A stretch of DNA of 64,000 nucleotides, taken from contig OX597833.1 in the NCBI GenBank assembly GCA_951406725.2, forward strand, positions 60,574,001 through 60,638,000, read 5' to 3'. Position 1 is the first letter of the stretch. Every line of letters begins with the position of its first letter. The notes below the pieces were generated by a model that was not told the DNA's origin, made no database searches, and was given only the letters and a program-made list of their open reading frames with translations. The position numbers and the translations under genes are program-made. Source of the stretch: Octopus vulgaris (lineage: Eukaryota). Shown piece by piece: positions 38,662 through 50,764 of this stretch.

Positions 38662-41600
38662 CTAAGAAAGGAAAATGTGAGGTAAAACAAATAAGAAAGT
38701 GAAGCCTCAGTAAGACAAGTGGGAGGAGTGGAGGGAAGAATCATGTGATTTCCCCCTCTTCCTCCAAAAATCTGTGGCTGCAGTGATGACATTACCACCA
38801 CCATTGTAACATCTGTGCCAGTTATGTTGAAATGTCGAGTGGTGGTGATGGTAGTGAGAGGGTTAGTAACAGAACTGCAAATGACAACACCAATAACAAG
38901 AAGAAGAGTTGTGAATGTTCCTTCAAAAAAAAAAAGGGATATGGGCAAATAAAAGAATCCTGTGAAGAGCATCCTTTTTGGTTGGAGGCTGAGAGCTGAG
39001 AGAAGTATGAGAGGAATATTGTGAAGCAACTGGAAACCATGTTGGAGGAATATTAGTTTCAAATTCTGACACAAGGCCAGCAATTTTTGGGAGAGACCAG
39101 GTAGATTACATCAACCCCCCAGTGCTCAGCTGGTAATTATTTGACCCCGAAAGATCGGAAGGTGAAGTCGACCTCAGCAGAATTTGAATTTCAGATTGTA
39201 AAGACAGATGAAATGCCATTAAGCATTTTGTCCCAGCATGGTAACCGTTCTGCCAGCTCGCTGCCTTAAGTTGGAGAAATATTGCAAAGTAGCCAGCACT
39301 AGACACACTTCCAATGAAGACTGGTTGGGCCTAAAAGCCAGGATACTTCTACAAACAATACTTGTAGAATTGGCAAGGGTCTCTGATTGCATTTATTTCA
39401 ACTGCCAGAAGCAAGTTTGCATTATGGTAGAGGCAGCAAGCTGGCAGAAAACGTTAGCACGCCGGGCGAAATGCTTAGCGGTACTTCATCTGCCGCTACG
39501 TTTTGAGTTCAAATTCTGCCAAGGTCGACTTTGCCTTACATCCTTTCGGGTTCGATTAAATAAGTACCAGTTACGCGCTGGGGTCGATATAATCGACTTA
39601 ATCCGTTTGTCTGACCTTGTTTGTCCTCCCTGTGTTTAGCCCCTTGTGGGTAGTAAAGAAATAGGTATTTCATCTGCCGCTACGTTCTGAGTTCAAATTC
39701 TGCCGAAGTCGACTTTGCTTTTCATCCTTTCGGGGTCGATTAAATAAGTACCAGTTACACGCTGGGGTTGATATAATCGACTTAATCCGTTTGTCTGACC
39801 TTGTTTGTCCTCTCTGTGTTTAGCCCCTTGTGGGTAGTAAAGAAATAGGTAAAGGGTCAGAAGTCCAAATGCTACAACTATTGCAGTACCAACAACCACT
39901 TGAGGGTCTTCAGCCCTTTTGTGAAGTGGGAAGAATATGTGACCACCACTGCTGAATGTACCTATAACACGAAAACAGCAACTGAGGCATGAAAACACAT
40001 GGCTCAGTGGTTAGAGTGTCGGGCTTACAGTAATGAGCTTTGAGTTCGATTCCTGAACTGCGCTGTGTGCTTTGTTCTTGAGCAAGACTCTTTATTTCAC
40101 ATTACTCCAGTTCACTCAGCTGCAGAAATGAGTTGTGACGTCACTGGTGCCAAGCTATATCGGCCTTTGCCTTTCTCTTGGATAACATCAGTGATGAGGA
40201 GAGAGGAAGCTGATATGCATGGGCGACTACTGGTCTTCCATAAACAACCTTGCCTGGATTTGTGCCCCAGAAGATAACTCTCTAGGTGCAATCCCATGGT
40301 CATTCATGACCAAAGGGGGTCTTAACTCTAATGACCCCAGCAGTGCAAGCAGTATCCTAATGACTAATAGCACCTTTCAGTCATTTGAATGGAGGAGGGT
40401 GGCTGTATTGTTTTGGAAATCTTTGCATCACCATGGAGAATTTTCCTGGATTCTTGGTGGTAGGTTTGTGGACATGAATAACCATGAAAAAGGTACTTTC
40501 AGACTAGTAATTGTTTATGCTCCAACTATGACATGCTGGTTAAACATCATACTTCTTTGGAGTATCCTTCTTATTTCTTTATTGCCCTCAAGGGGCTAAA
40601 CACAGAGGGGACAAACAAGGACAGACAAAGGGATTATGTCAATTACATCGACTAAGTTGGAACTTAGTTTATCGATCCCGAAAAGATGAAAGGCAAAGTT
40701 GAGATCAGCAGAATTTGAACTCAGAATGTAATAGAAGACGAAATACCTATTTCTTTACTACCCACAAGGGGCTAAACACAGAGAGGACAAACAAGGACAG
40801 ACAAACGGATTAAGTCGATTATATCGACCCCAGTGCATAAGTGGTACTTATTTAATCGACCCCAAAGGGATGAAAGGCAAAGTCGACCTCGGCGGAATTT
40901 GAACTCAGAACGTAACGGCAGATGAAATACCGCTAAGCATTTTGCCCGGCATGCTAACGTTTCTGCCAGCTCACTGCCTTGGAGTATCCCTCTTGTTACA
41001 TCAAAAAACTCTGCCTACATCAAAGGGCTGACTGAAATGGTATCTGTGACTCACATTGGAATTGCATGGGAGTAACTGATAGGAGAAAAGGTTTTAAAAG
41101 ACCCACAAACCTACTCAGGTGTTTCCATTTGTTGAATAAGTTCTGACTGTATGTGCCAATGTTGATACAGATTAACTGCACAGGGTCATCCAGATATTAG
41201 CTAGGTAGAGTATTTGTCAGGTGTAGGTGTCTATGAATTTCACTGGTTATTTACACAGACAAAAGTAAAAAAAGGTAAAGACACCCTTTGGTGATGAATG
41301 ACCATGGGATTGCACCTGCAAAGTTCCACTCAGAGGTACAAGTCTAGTCAAGGTTATTTATGGAAGACCAACAGTCTCCCATGCATACCAGCCTCCCTTC
41401 TCCATGCCACCAAAGGTATCCAAGGGAAAGGGAAAGCCAATACAGTTTGGCACCAATGATGTCACAACTCATTGCTACAGCTGAGTGAATTGGAGCAGCA
41501 TAAAATAAAGTGTCTTGCTCAAGAATGCAACACTAGGAATTGAACTCACTACCTCATGAATGTGAGCCTGACACTCTAACCACTAAGCCATGCACCTTCA

Positions 41601-42734
41601 CAGACAACAAGTGTATGAGTGACAGTGAACTTAATAAGACACAAAAACAGGAGCTTTCTCACTGGGAGCTGGCTAAGTCATTCCCTGTGTAAAAAGCCTT
41701 CTATCAGCAAATTTAATGAACTGAACTGGCTGTTGACAGAGGCAAATGTGAATAACTTGTGGTGGATTCCTCTGAACAGATTCAATAGAGTAAATGTGAT
41801 CAAGTAAAGAGTAGCAATGGAAAACATATATATATTTCTTTACTACCCACAAGGGGCTAAACACAGAGGGGACAAACAAGGACAGACAAAGGGCTTTAGT
41901 CGATTACATCGACCCCAGTGCGTAACTGGTACTTAATTTATCGACCCCGAAAGGATGAAAGGCAAAGTCAACCTCAGCGGAATTTGAACTCAGAACTTAA
42001 CGGCAGACGAAATACGGCTTCACATTTCACCCGGCGTGCTACCGTTTCTGCCAGCTCGCCGCCTTTTATGGAAAACATATATATATATATATCATCATCA
42101 TCGTTTAATGTCTGCTTTCCATGATAGCATGGGTTGGACGGTTCAACTGGGGTCTGGGAAGCCAGAAGGCTGCACCAGGCCCAGTCTTATCTGGCAATGT
42201 TTCTACAGCTTATGCCCTTCCTAACGCCAACCACTCCATGAGTGTAGTGGGTGCTTTTTACATGCCACCGGCACAGGTGCCAGACGAGGCTGGCAAATGG
42301 CCACTATCGGATATATATATATACACACACACACACATATACATATATGTATATATCTTATTTTTTACTTGTTTCAGTCCATAATTGAACAGTATAATGA
42401 ATTGATGCTCCAATCGGTCAAAACTTTATATCATTCCCAAATTATCAAAACTTGAATATTAATATACATTTATTTATATTATATATGGAGCGCTTATTCA
42501 TTATACCTTTCAGTTATTTCTCCTTTCACCTCAGTGTCACCTGAGCACTTCCAGCTGTTGTCCTATTTTCATTTTTGTTCTTTGGTTTAACAACGTTATA
42601 AAATTTTCCTCTTATATATGTATGTATGTATGTATGTGTATATATATATATAAGATACATATATAGGGTAGTGAATATTCATTAGAAATATCACCACCAG
42701 TGGCTTAGTATGTATAAATAGTCAATAGACAACA

Positions 42735-43035
42735 TATTCTTACTTTAAAAATAGTGTACGTTTAAACACAAAAGAAAACTACCCTTTAACAAGTAATTTT
42801 TACATGCTAGAAGAAGTAGCCAAAACCACAGTTTAATAGCAATTTTCGAAGGAAATGAAAAATAAAAACTTTTATCTTTTTTTTAAAGTAAAAGTTTTTA
42901 TTTTTCATTTCCTTCGAAAATTGCTATTATATTGTGGTTTTGGCCATTTTGGCTGCTTCTTCTAGCATGTAAAAATTTCCTGTTAAAGGGTAGTTTTCTT
43001 TTGTGTTTAGTTGTACACTATTTTAAAAATAAGTA
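42735..43035. repeat. ~300-bp near-perfect palindrome ending ~110 bp upstream of TBC1D23 exon 2
   Basis: aaacacaaaagaaaactaccctttaac...ttttcgaaggaaatgaaaaataaaaacttt is mirrored on the right. Confidence 0.85.
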
Positions 43036-43145
43036 TATAAATATATACATACATACACACACATATATCAGACAATAAGCAAACAAAATTATGAGTAAAA
43101 AAACTGTATTTTGTATGACAAAACTGTTATTTCTTAAAATTCTAG

Positions 43146-43254
43146 GGTGAATGAACTTGAAACCAGTTTGATGGAGATGTGTGACTTTGGAACGGTGAGA
43201 AATATATGCCGAGGACGCCCTGTACCTGCACACTTGAGACCTGAAGTATGGCAG
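43146..43254 (+). CDS. TBC1D23: TBC1D23 exon 2 (VNELETSLMEMCDFGTVRNICRGRPVPAHLRPEVWQ)
   Basis: tctag| acceptor and |gttagt donor. Similar to vertebrate [25 protein letters not shown]. Confidence 0.95.
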
Positions 43255-44216
43255 GTTAGTAACTGGTGTCTTCATTTCTGTCTGTTATCTATATCTGTGG
43301 TGCATGTGTGTCTGTATGTATGTATGTATATTTCCCCCCCAATATTTGTTGCAGTCTATATAGTCAGTCTACACGCTTCGGATCTCCACCCTTGTCACTG
43401 TGTACTCCTCCCTCTCTACCTCATTCTTCACGCTACTCTCTACTTGCTTTTGTACTGTAACTTCTTCCTGCTCCTCTTCCCTGACCCACTCCTACTTCCT
43501 CCACCTCTCCCCCAAACTGATTTTCAGCATTGACAATACCCCTTTACCTGTCTTCCATTCACTATGTGCCTATGTTCCCTACCTCTCCCCATCTCTCTCT
43601 GAGGAATTACAACTGTGTTTCGTGGTCTGCTACCACAACAGTTCCTTTATAGGATCCAGTTAGCTCAAGACATCATCAGGAGGAACCACGTCTGGTTTCG
43701 GCCCCTACTCCTCTACCGTTTTGACGTGGTGGGGCCCCCCCTTTCGGAGGTGTCTTCAGCTCTGGTGTTGGGTTTATGCCTTCTTTCTTTCTTCTTTCTT
43801 CTGTTCCCTGGCCTCTTCGATGTATCGTCAGCGAGTGTCAGCCGGTGACTGACTGTCTTGTTAAATTTTTCCCTTTAAATACCTGTCGCATAGGCTCCAG
43901 CAGGCAGCACCAGCAAGTTGGGTCACGTGACACTGTCTCACCTTAACTGACTAGTGAAGGTGCGTAGTTTTAGCCCGCGCTTTTTCTAAACGACCGTCAC
44001 CTGTCACTCCTCTGATTTTACCTGATCTTCTGCATTTATCCCCTTCACCTGTTTCTCTGTCTCCATTGTCCTTACATTCACATTCATCCTCTTGTACCCT
44101 GAGAATATGTCCTGACACCTCAATACTACCAGCTTATTCTAACTGGGGTTGTCATAGACACCTGTTGCTATCTGAGATTGCCCCTGTTGTGTTTGGGTTT
44201 CCTTAATGGAAACTGT

Positions 44217-44645
44217 CGTGTAAGGCCAGAATAATGCAAGAAGGTAGAAAGAAAATAGAACGAAGTTGCAGTTTTACCTTGTATTTCTATATTTTGGGAT
44301 GGAGACCCCATCTTCAGGGCAACCTAATGCAACAGGGGGCAGTCTCAGAATTATGGAAGCCCTCCTTATAAACAATTTAAGACCGGCCATGAATAATAAG
44401 AAGGGACTACACGAAACAGACTGGTCGTCATAGCAATACCAGTCTGTGCACATCTCCCCGCTTCCTCCTCACCACCACATCTGATCAATGACCCTTTCCA
44501 ACTACTGCTTTTTCCAAATGTCCTGAAGAAGGGGGTCTTCACCCCTGAAATACAGAAATATAAGGTAAAACTGCAACTTTGTTCTGTTTTCCTTTACTTT
44601 TGTAGTTTACTTTGTACCTTCTCCCATGGTTTTGGCCTTACACAG
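44217..44645. mobile_element. Inverted-repeat element with a hammerhead-like motif in each arm (44283-44320 minus, 44518-44559 plus)
   Basis: CTGAAGA-AGGGG..CCCCT-GAAA-TA(C/T)A-GAAAT; the mirror copy reads CTGAAGA-TGGG..CCC-AAAA-TATA. Confidence 0.6.
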
Positions 44646-44795
44646 CAACCTTCTTCTGGAGCCTGGTGCAGCCATCTGGTTCGCCAGTCCTCAGTCAAAT
44701 CGTCCAACCCATGCTAGCATGGAAAGCGGACGTTAAACGATGATGATGATCACACACACACACACACCACACACACACACACACACTCACACACA

Positions 44796-44854
<59 letters not shown>

Positions 44855-45036
44855 ACTCACACACACTCACACACACACACTCACACACACACTCACACAC
44901 ACACACACACATACACACACTCACACTCACACACTCTCATACACTCACTCTCTCTCTCTCTCTCTCACTCACACACACACACACACACACATACAGATAT
45001 TGCTTTTGTGTATCTACTGAACATTTTCAATTGCAG

Positions 45037-45142
45037 ATTTGTCTGAATATTCAAGGCCGAGGAGATGCAATGGCTACATTTGATGGTTTATATGACATGG
45101 ACGAACAGACACAGTTGAGAGAAGACTGCACAGCTCTTGTTG
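45037..45142 (+). CDS. TBC1D23: TBC1D23 exon 3 (ICLNIQGRGDAMATFDGLYDMDEQTQLREDCTALV)
   Basis: ttgcag| and |gtaagt, phases consistent. Confidence 0.95.
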
Positions 45143-46341
45143 GTAAGTGTTTATTTTGGAAATTTTGGGGAGGTGTTATTTGTTTTGCAGTGGCAGTGAT
45201 GGTGACGGGGGAGAGGAGCACTCTGGTGGTAGTGGGGGTCCTTAGAGTTGTTGAATCAGGCCGTATCATCATCATTGTTTAACGTCCGCATTCCATGCTA
45301 ACATGGGTTGGACGATTTGACTGATGGCTGGCAAACCAGATGGCTGCACCAGGCTTCAATCTTGATCTGGCAGAGTTTCTACAGCTGGATGCCCTTCCTA
45401 ACACCAACCACTCCGAGAGAGTATTGGGTGCTTTTACATGCCACCGGCACGGGGCCAGTCAGGCGGTACAGGCAACGACCTCACTCAAATCTTTTACACA
45501 TGCCACCAGTACAGGTGCTAGTAGGGCGATGCTGGTAGTATTATTATACACTACACCATTTGAAGACTCTCACACTGTAACCCATACAATTCATCACAGT
45601 ATGTCAGAGCATACATTATCTATCAGAATATAAGAAATAGACAGGGCAGTGAAGGGAATACGATCTGTCCATACTATTCATTGTTTATCAGAGTATGGAG
45701 TATGGTTCCCTGTTAGGAAGGAACATGGTGTGATTTGATAAACGGATCTGGGTTTTGTGTGTGATTGTTTTGTTGACTATACAACAACTAGAGGACTGTT
45801 TGATCAGAGATGATCTGGGATTATACAGCAAGAAGAACAATTATTTATACTCCATATTTTTCTGTACCCTACACCATTCATAAGGTATGTTCTATCTTAC
45901 ACTACCCAAGTTCTATATTTTTACCTCCTCTACAATAAGGAAGCCTTTTACATGGTTATTTAACATACTAGAAATAGCAGAAAAATGTTTACTTAAAGAG
46001 AATAACAAGCTACATAATACAAAATTTTTACTTTTCAAAAATTCCAATTCTAAAGGGTTGAAACAAACCCGAGTAACGCCGGGCGATACTGCTAGTTATT
46101 TGATAATTTTTTGAAATTATCTCCCCTACTTTGTGAGAGTCGCTCGCACTTGCCACCAGGTTTTAATTTTCTTCTGCCAATTTTTAGTTGTATGTCATTC
46201 TGTACCACTCTACGTCAACGTGAATCACTTCAATTTTTGGCATTGGTCCACATTGAATTATCTATCTTAAAGCACGTTTTGTAATCCTGCTCTGTTTGGT
46301 CAATCTTTGTCTTTGATTTTTTTGATATTTGTTTATTGTCT

Positions 46342-46685
46342 TGTTGTGTCTGGGGAGAGTCATTTTCTTTTTGTGCCTTATAATGTAACACACTCACCGG
46401 TAAAATTTCCACTTATTTCTTATTTTTATTTTCCTAAAAATTTTCGTTGTGTCTTGCAACCTTTTCGATAGTTTTGAAGATTTCCACTTTTTTCTTATTT
46501 TTATCTTCCTAAAATTTTCGTTGCGTCTTGCAACCTTTTCAATAATTTTGACTCTCAAAACTATTGAAAAGGTTGCAAGACGCAACAAAAATTTTAGGAA
46601 GATAAGAAAAAAGTGGAAATTTTACCAGTGAGTGTCTTATGTTATAAGGCACAAAATGGAAATGACTCCCCCCAGACACAACAGA
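46342..46685. repeat. Long palindrome with an internal duplication just upstream of TBC1D23 exon 4
   Basis: tgtgtctggggag...gtgccttataa...ggtaaaatttccac...ttgcgtcttgcaaccttttc is mirrored at 46553-46685. Confidence 0.85.
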
Positions 46686-46763
46686 ATATGCTTCAACACA
46701 CAAACTCATATAAAGAATCTTATACACCAAATCCAAAAATGAAATGTTTATTGTGTATTTCAG

Positions 46764-46968
46764 ATAAACTGGGCAACGAAGAAGACGACCGTGTCTCCAT
46801 TGTCAGCGACTTGGAATCTATTTTCACATTTTACAGCAAATCTAAGAATGAATCTTATATCCCTGATAATGGCTGGTTGGAAGTGATTCAACCTTTATTA
46901 GCCATGAAATACAACAGGATAGAACTTTACAACAGTTTCTACACTGTTGTTAACAGATACTTGCCAAA
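46764..46968 (+). CDS. TBC1D23: TBC1D23 exon 4 (DKLGNEE...DLESIFTFYSKSKN...LYNSFYTVVNRYLP), TBC domain
   Basis: tttcag| and |gtatgt. Similar to DIESVITFYCKSRN...LYNCFYAIMNKYIP. Confidence 0.95.
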
Positions 46969-47499
46969 GTATGTCCCCTTCTTTCTCTTCTCTCTTCTTC
47001 CATTCTCCTCCTTTCTCTCTTCTGTCATCTGCTCTCTTATCTTCTTTCTCCTTCTCCCTTCTTTCTGTCTTCTACTCTATCGTCTTCTTCCTCCTCCTCC
47101 CCTGTCTTCTCTTGTCTGTCTTTTATCTTTACTCTTGCCAAAGTCTTTTCTCAGCTTTTACTATTTCTCTTCTTAATTCTTCCATCTTCATTTTTCGTTT
47201 TCATAAAATGCTGTGTGTGTGTGTGTTTGCATCTACTTGTCTCTGTCTGTCTGTCTGTTTCAGTGTCCTTCTGTGTGTAAGTTTGTCTGCTTCTCTATCT
47301 GTCTGTCCACCTGTTTGTGTATCTGCCTTTGTCTATGTGTCTCCAAAAGGATGAAAGGCAAAGTTGACCTTGGCAGAATTTGAACTCAGAACATAAAGAC
47401 AGACGAAATACCGCTAAGCATTTCGCCCAGCGTGCTAACGTTTTTGCCAGCTCGCCACCTTTAAGAATATCATGAAAGGCCTGGTTGGAGGCCCAGCCT

Positions 47500-47652
47500 T
47501 CAAAGTTCTTTTACAGGGCTTAGAAAAACTGAAGGAATGCTGCCACAAGTGTGTGAATCTGAGAGGAAAATATGTTGAATGAAATCATAACCAACTGACT
47601 CTCCTGCATTTTCTTTTACCCAAAGCCAGGAACTTTTCAGCACCCCCTCATA
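47500..47652 (+). mobile_element. Mariner-like 3' end
   Basis: ...KCVNLRGKYVE-stop followed by TIR-like ACTTTTCAGCACCCCCTCATA. Confidence 0.6.
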
Positions 47653-48164
47653 TGTGTATACATGTGTAGATATATGTGCATATACACAGGTGCAGCAAAA
47701 TACACAAATGTGCACACACATACAAATGCACACATTTGTTGCTTTAAAAATATTACTTCAAAGTATTACTTCAACAAAAATGCAATTTCATGAAAGTTTT
47801 TAGAGTGACCTCATTCATATGAAATTTAAGACATTTGGAATATTCCCACAAGAGCCAGAAATGAAATAGAAAAAATGCGAGCTTGAAGCAAATGTTTTTG
47901 CACGTATCACTTAAAAGGGTTTTTTTTTTTTAAAAAAAAGAAAGAAAGCAAAGATAAATGTTTTCTGAATAACTTTCATACAATATTTTTAAAATACATT
48001 CAGACAGCCAATATATTTCAAAAGTGAAACAGTTCTAATATATTAATAGAACACTCTACACTTGTGTATTGAATTCTGTAAATTATTGCTTTTGGTGAAT
48101 CAGCAGAGATTTATGTATGTATATGGTATGTATGTGTGTGTATTTATATATATATATATTTATA

Positions 48165-48349
48165 CTTTATTTCAAAGCAGCAGAAATTCAACAAAACCTG
48201 TTACTCTGAGTTTCTCGTTCCCGTTCGTCGGACAGTTTTTGTTAAAAAAAAACTTTTAACAAAAAATTTTAACAATAACTGTCCAACAAACGGGAACATG
48301 AAACTCAGAGTAACAGGTTTTGTTGAATTTCTGCTGCTTTGAAATAAAG
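48165..48349. ncRNA. Palindromic pair of minimal hammerhead-like motifs (48198-48235 minus, 48279-48316 plus)
   Basis: Consensus of the two arms: CTGT-CCGACGA-ACG-GGAA-CGT-GAAA-CTC-A-GAG-TA|ACAG. Confidence 0.65.
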
Positions 48350-48569
48350 CATATTACTCTACTCCTGGATATCTGAGTTCTCTTTTTTCCACCTTGTTTC
48401 ACATTTATGTGTTTACTCCGGTATATATATAAATATAAAATCAGAAACAAGTTAAAAATAACAAGCAGAGTATTTGAGGAATGGCTCCCACACAATAGTG
48501 ATTCCTCAAGTGCTTTGCTTGTTATATCCAGAAATAGCTCTGAAGAGAGTAGCATTCATTTTCTTAGGT

Positions 48570-49186
48570 CATTCAATTTGCCTCCATCGATCAATAAACC
48601 AGTTCATCTTTGGTGTTACAAGGAGTTTGGTTGGTCTCTTGCTAAACTGCGCCCCACACCTTAATAATCAAGGGGTTTGAGTCTGGCGAGTTAGGGGTGA
48701 TGTGATCGCAGAAATTGTCTGACAGCCATGACTGGGTTCTCCTGCTTATGTGGCATAGTGCAGAGTCCTGTTGCCAGACATCGGGTCTTCCAGCAGCCAG
48801 CCTCTTGACCCAGAGCAGCACTACCTCCTCCAGGCACTTGATGTAGACCTCCGTGTTGAGGCATAATGTCGCCATCACTAGTGATTACACCAAACACCAT
48901 GATGTCGACTGGATGTTTGATTTTTATCACTCTTGGTACATGTCCTCAGATTGACACCCAAACACTCTGAAATGTTTGTATTGGAGCTTCCAGCACAAAT
49001 GCCAAGCAGTACAGCATGTTTCCAAATTTGTGGCAGAGTGAATTACATCATGGTGCTGTTTTTCTCACAAACAGTGCCCAACTGACCCTACTATACTGTG
49101 TAGTCGACAAAATCAAAAACAAACAATGCACATGCATGAAATTAAAAATATAATATGGCAACAATTTTTACCCATTACACCCTGTA
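48570..49186 (-). mobile_element. Tc1-like transposon remnant
   Basis: KHPVDIMVFGVITSDG, WQQDSALCH and PNSPDSNPL..VWG motifs, with a ...CACCCTGTA terminus. Confidence 0.8.
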
Positions 49187-49239
49187 TATGTAATGAAAAC
49201 TTGTAATGTAGTATTTAGGCTTCAATCTGATCTCAATGA

Positions 49240-49446
<207 letters not shown>

Positions 49447-49998
49447 TGAACCTCCCCTGTTAAACATCGATATTGATCCCCTATGTTGAACCTCCCATGT
49501 TGAAGCATTGTGTTAAACATCGATATTGATCTCCAGTGTCAAGTCTCTACGTTGACCTCCCATGTTGAACCACTGTGTTAAGCCCCTATATGTGTTGAAC
49601 CCTCATGTGTTGAACCTCTATATTGACCTCCTCTACTGGACTTCATATGTTCAACCATTGTATTGAGCTTCTATATTGACCCACTATGTTAAGTTACTGC
49701 TTGAACCTCCCACGTTGAACCACTATGTTGATCCATTGATATAACCTTTGTATTGATCTGATTTTAGTTTTAAAAATACTCGTCCCCACGTATTCTTTAC
49801 TCTTTTACTTGTTTCAGTCATTTGACTGCGGCCATGCTGGAGCACCGCCTATCCCAGTGCTTCTATGTTAATCACATTCTCGCTATTTTGGGGCTAATTA
49901 TTTCTTTGATATTAATCATTATTTATTGACAATGATAATGATGATGATGATGATGTTTATAATGATGTTGCTGATGATGATGATGATGCCTGTTTCAG

Positions 49999-50123
49999 TT
50001 TCGGAGTCTATTTGCTGGGATATGTGACCTTGAGGTCATCCAAAACATGTGGGATGTCTACTTTCAACATGCTGACCCTTTTTTGCTATTTTTTCTGGCT
50101 CTTGTGATACTAGTGAATGGTCG
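49999..50123 (+). CDS. TBC1D23: TBC1D23 exon 6 (FRSLFAGICDLEVIQNMWDVYFQHADPFLLFFLALVILVNG)
   Basis: tttcag| and |gtaagt, phases consistent. Confidence 0.95.
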
Positions 50124-50764
50124 GTAAGTACGGTGTTTAATTTTGTCCTACTATTTAACCCAGTATCATCCCTGATCTTATAAAACTATAACCAAAGGCA
50201 TTCAAGCCATGTTTCCTGTCACCGTGTACCCCAAACTATATTATCCTACATGGATAAGGCAGCGAGCTGGCAGAAACGTTAGCACGCCGGCTGAAATGCA
50301 AAGCTGTATTTCGTCTGCCGCTACGTTCTGAGTTCAAATTCCGCCGAGGTCGACTTTGCCTTTCATCCTTTCGGAGTCGATAAATTAAGTACCAGTTACG
50401 CACTGGAGTCGATGCAATCGACTTAATCCCTTTGTCTGTCCTTGTTTGTCCCCTCTGTGTTTAGCCCCTTGTGGGTAGTAAAGAAATAGGTATTTCGTCT
50501 GCTTTTACGTTCTGAGTTCAAATTCCGCCGAGGTCGACTTTGCCTTTCATCCTTTCGGGGTCGATAAATTAAGTACCAGTTACGCACTGGAGTCGATGCA
50601 ATCGGCTTAATCCCTTTGTCTGTCCTTGTTTGTCCCTTCTATGTTTAGCCCCTTGTGGGTAGTGAAGAAAAATATATTATCCTACATGTTTTCTTTTTTT
50701 TTAAACACTTTGATATGGTTTGGGGGAGATTCAGTAAGACCACCTGTTCCTGTCCTTTTATTCC

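Noticed and set aside
50463-50500. SINE-A 25-nt exon plus GT donor interpreted as a spliced-leader RNA gene
   Set aside because: No Sm-binding site is visible downstream, and the copies have TSDs and a Pol III head typical of SINEs.
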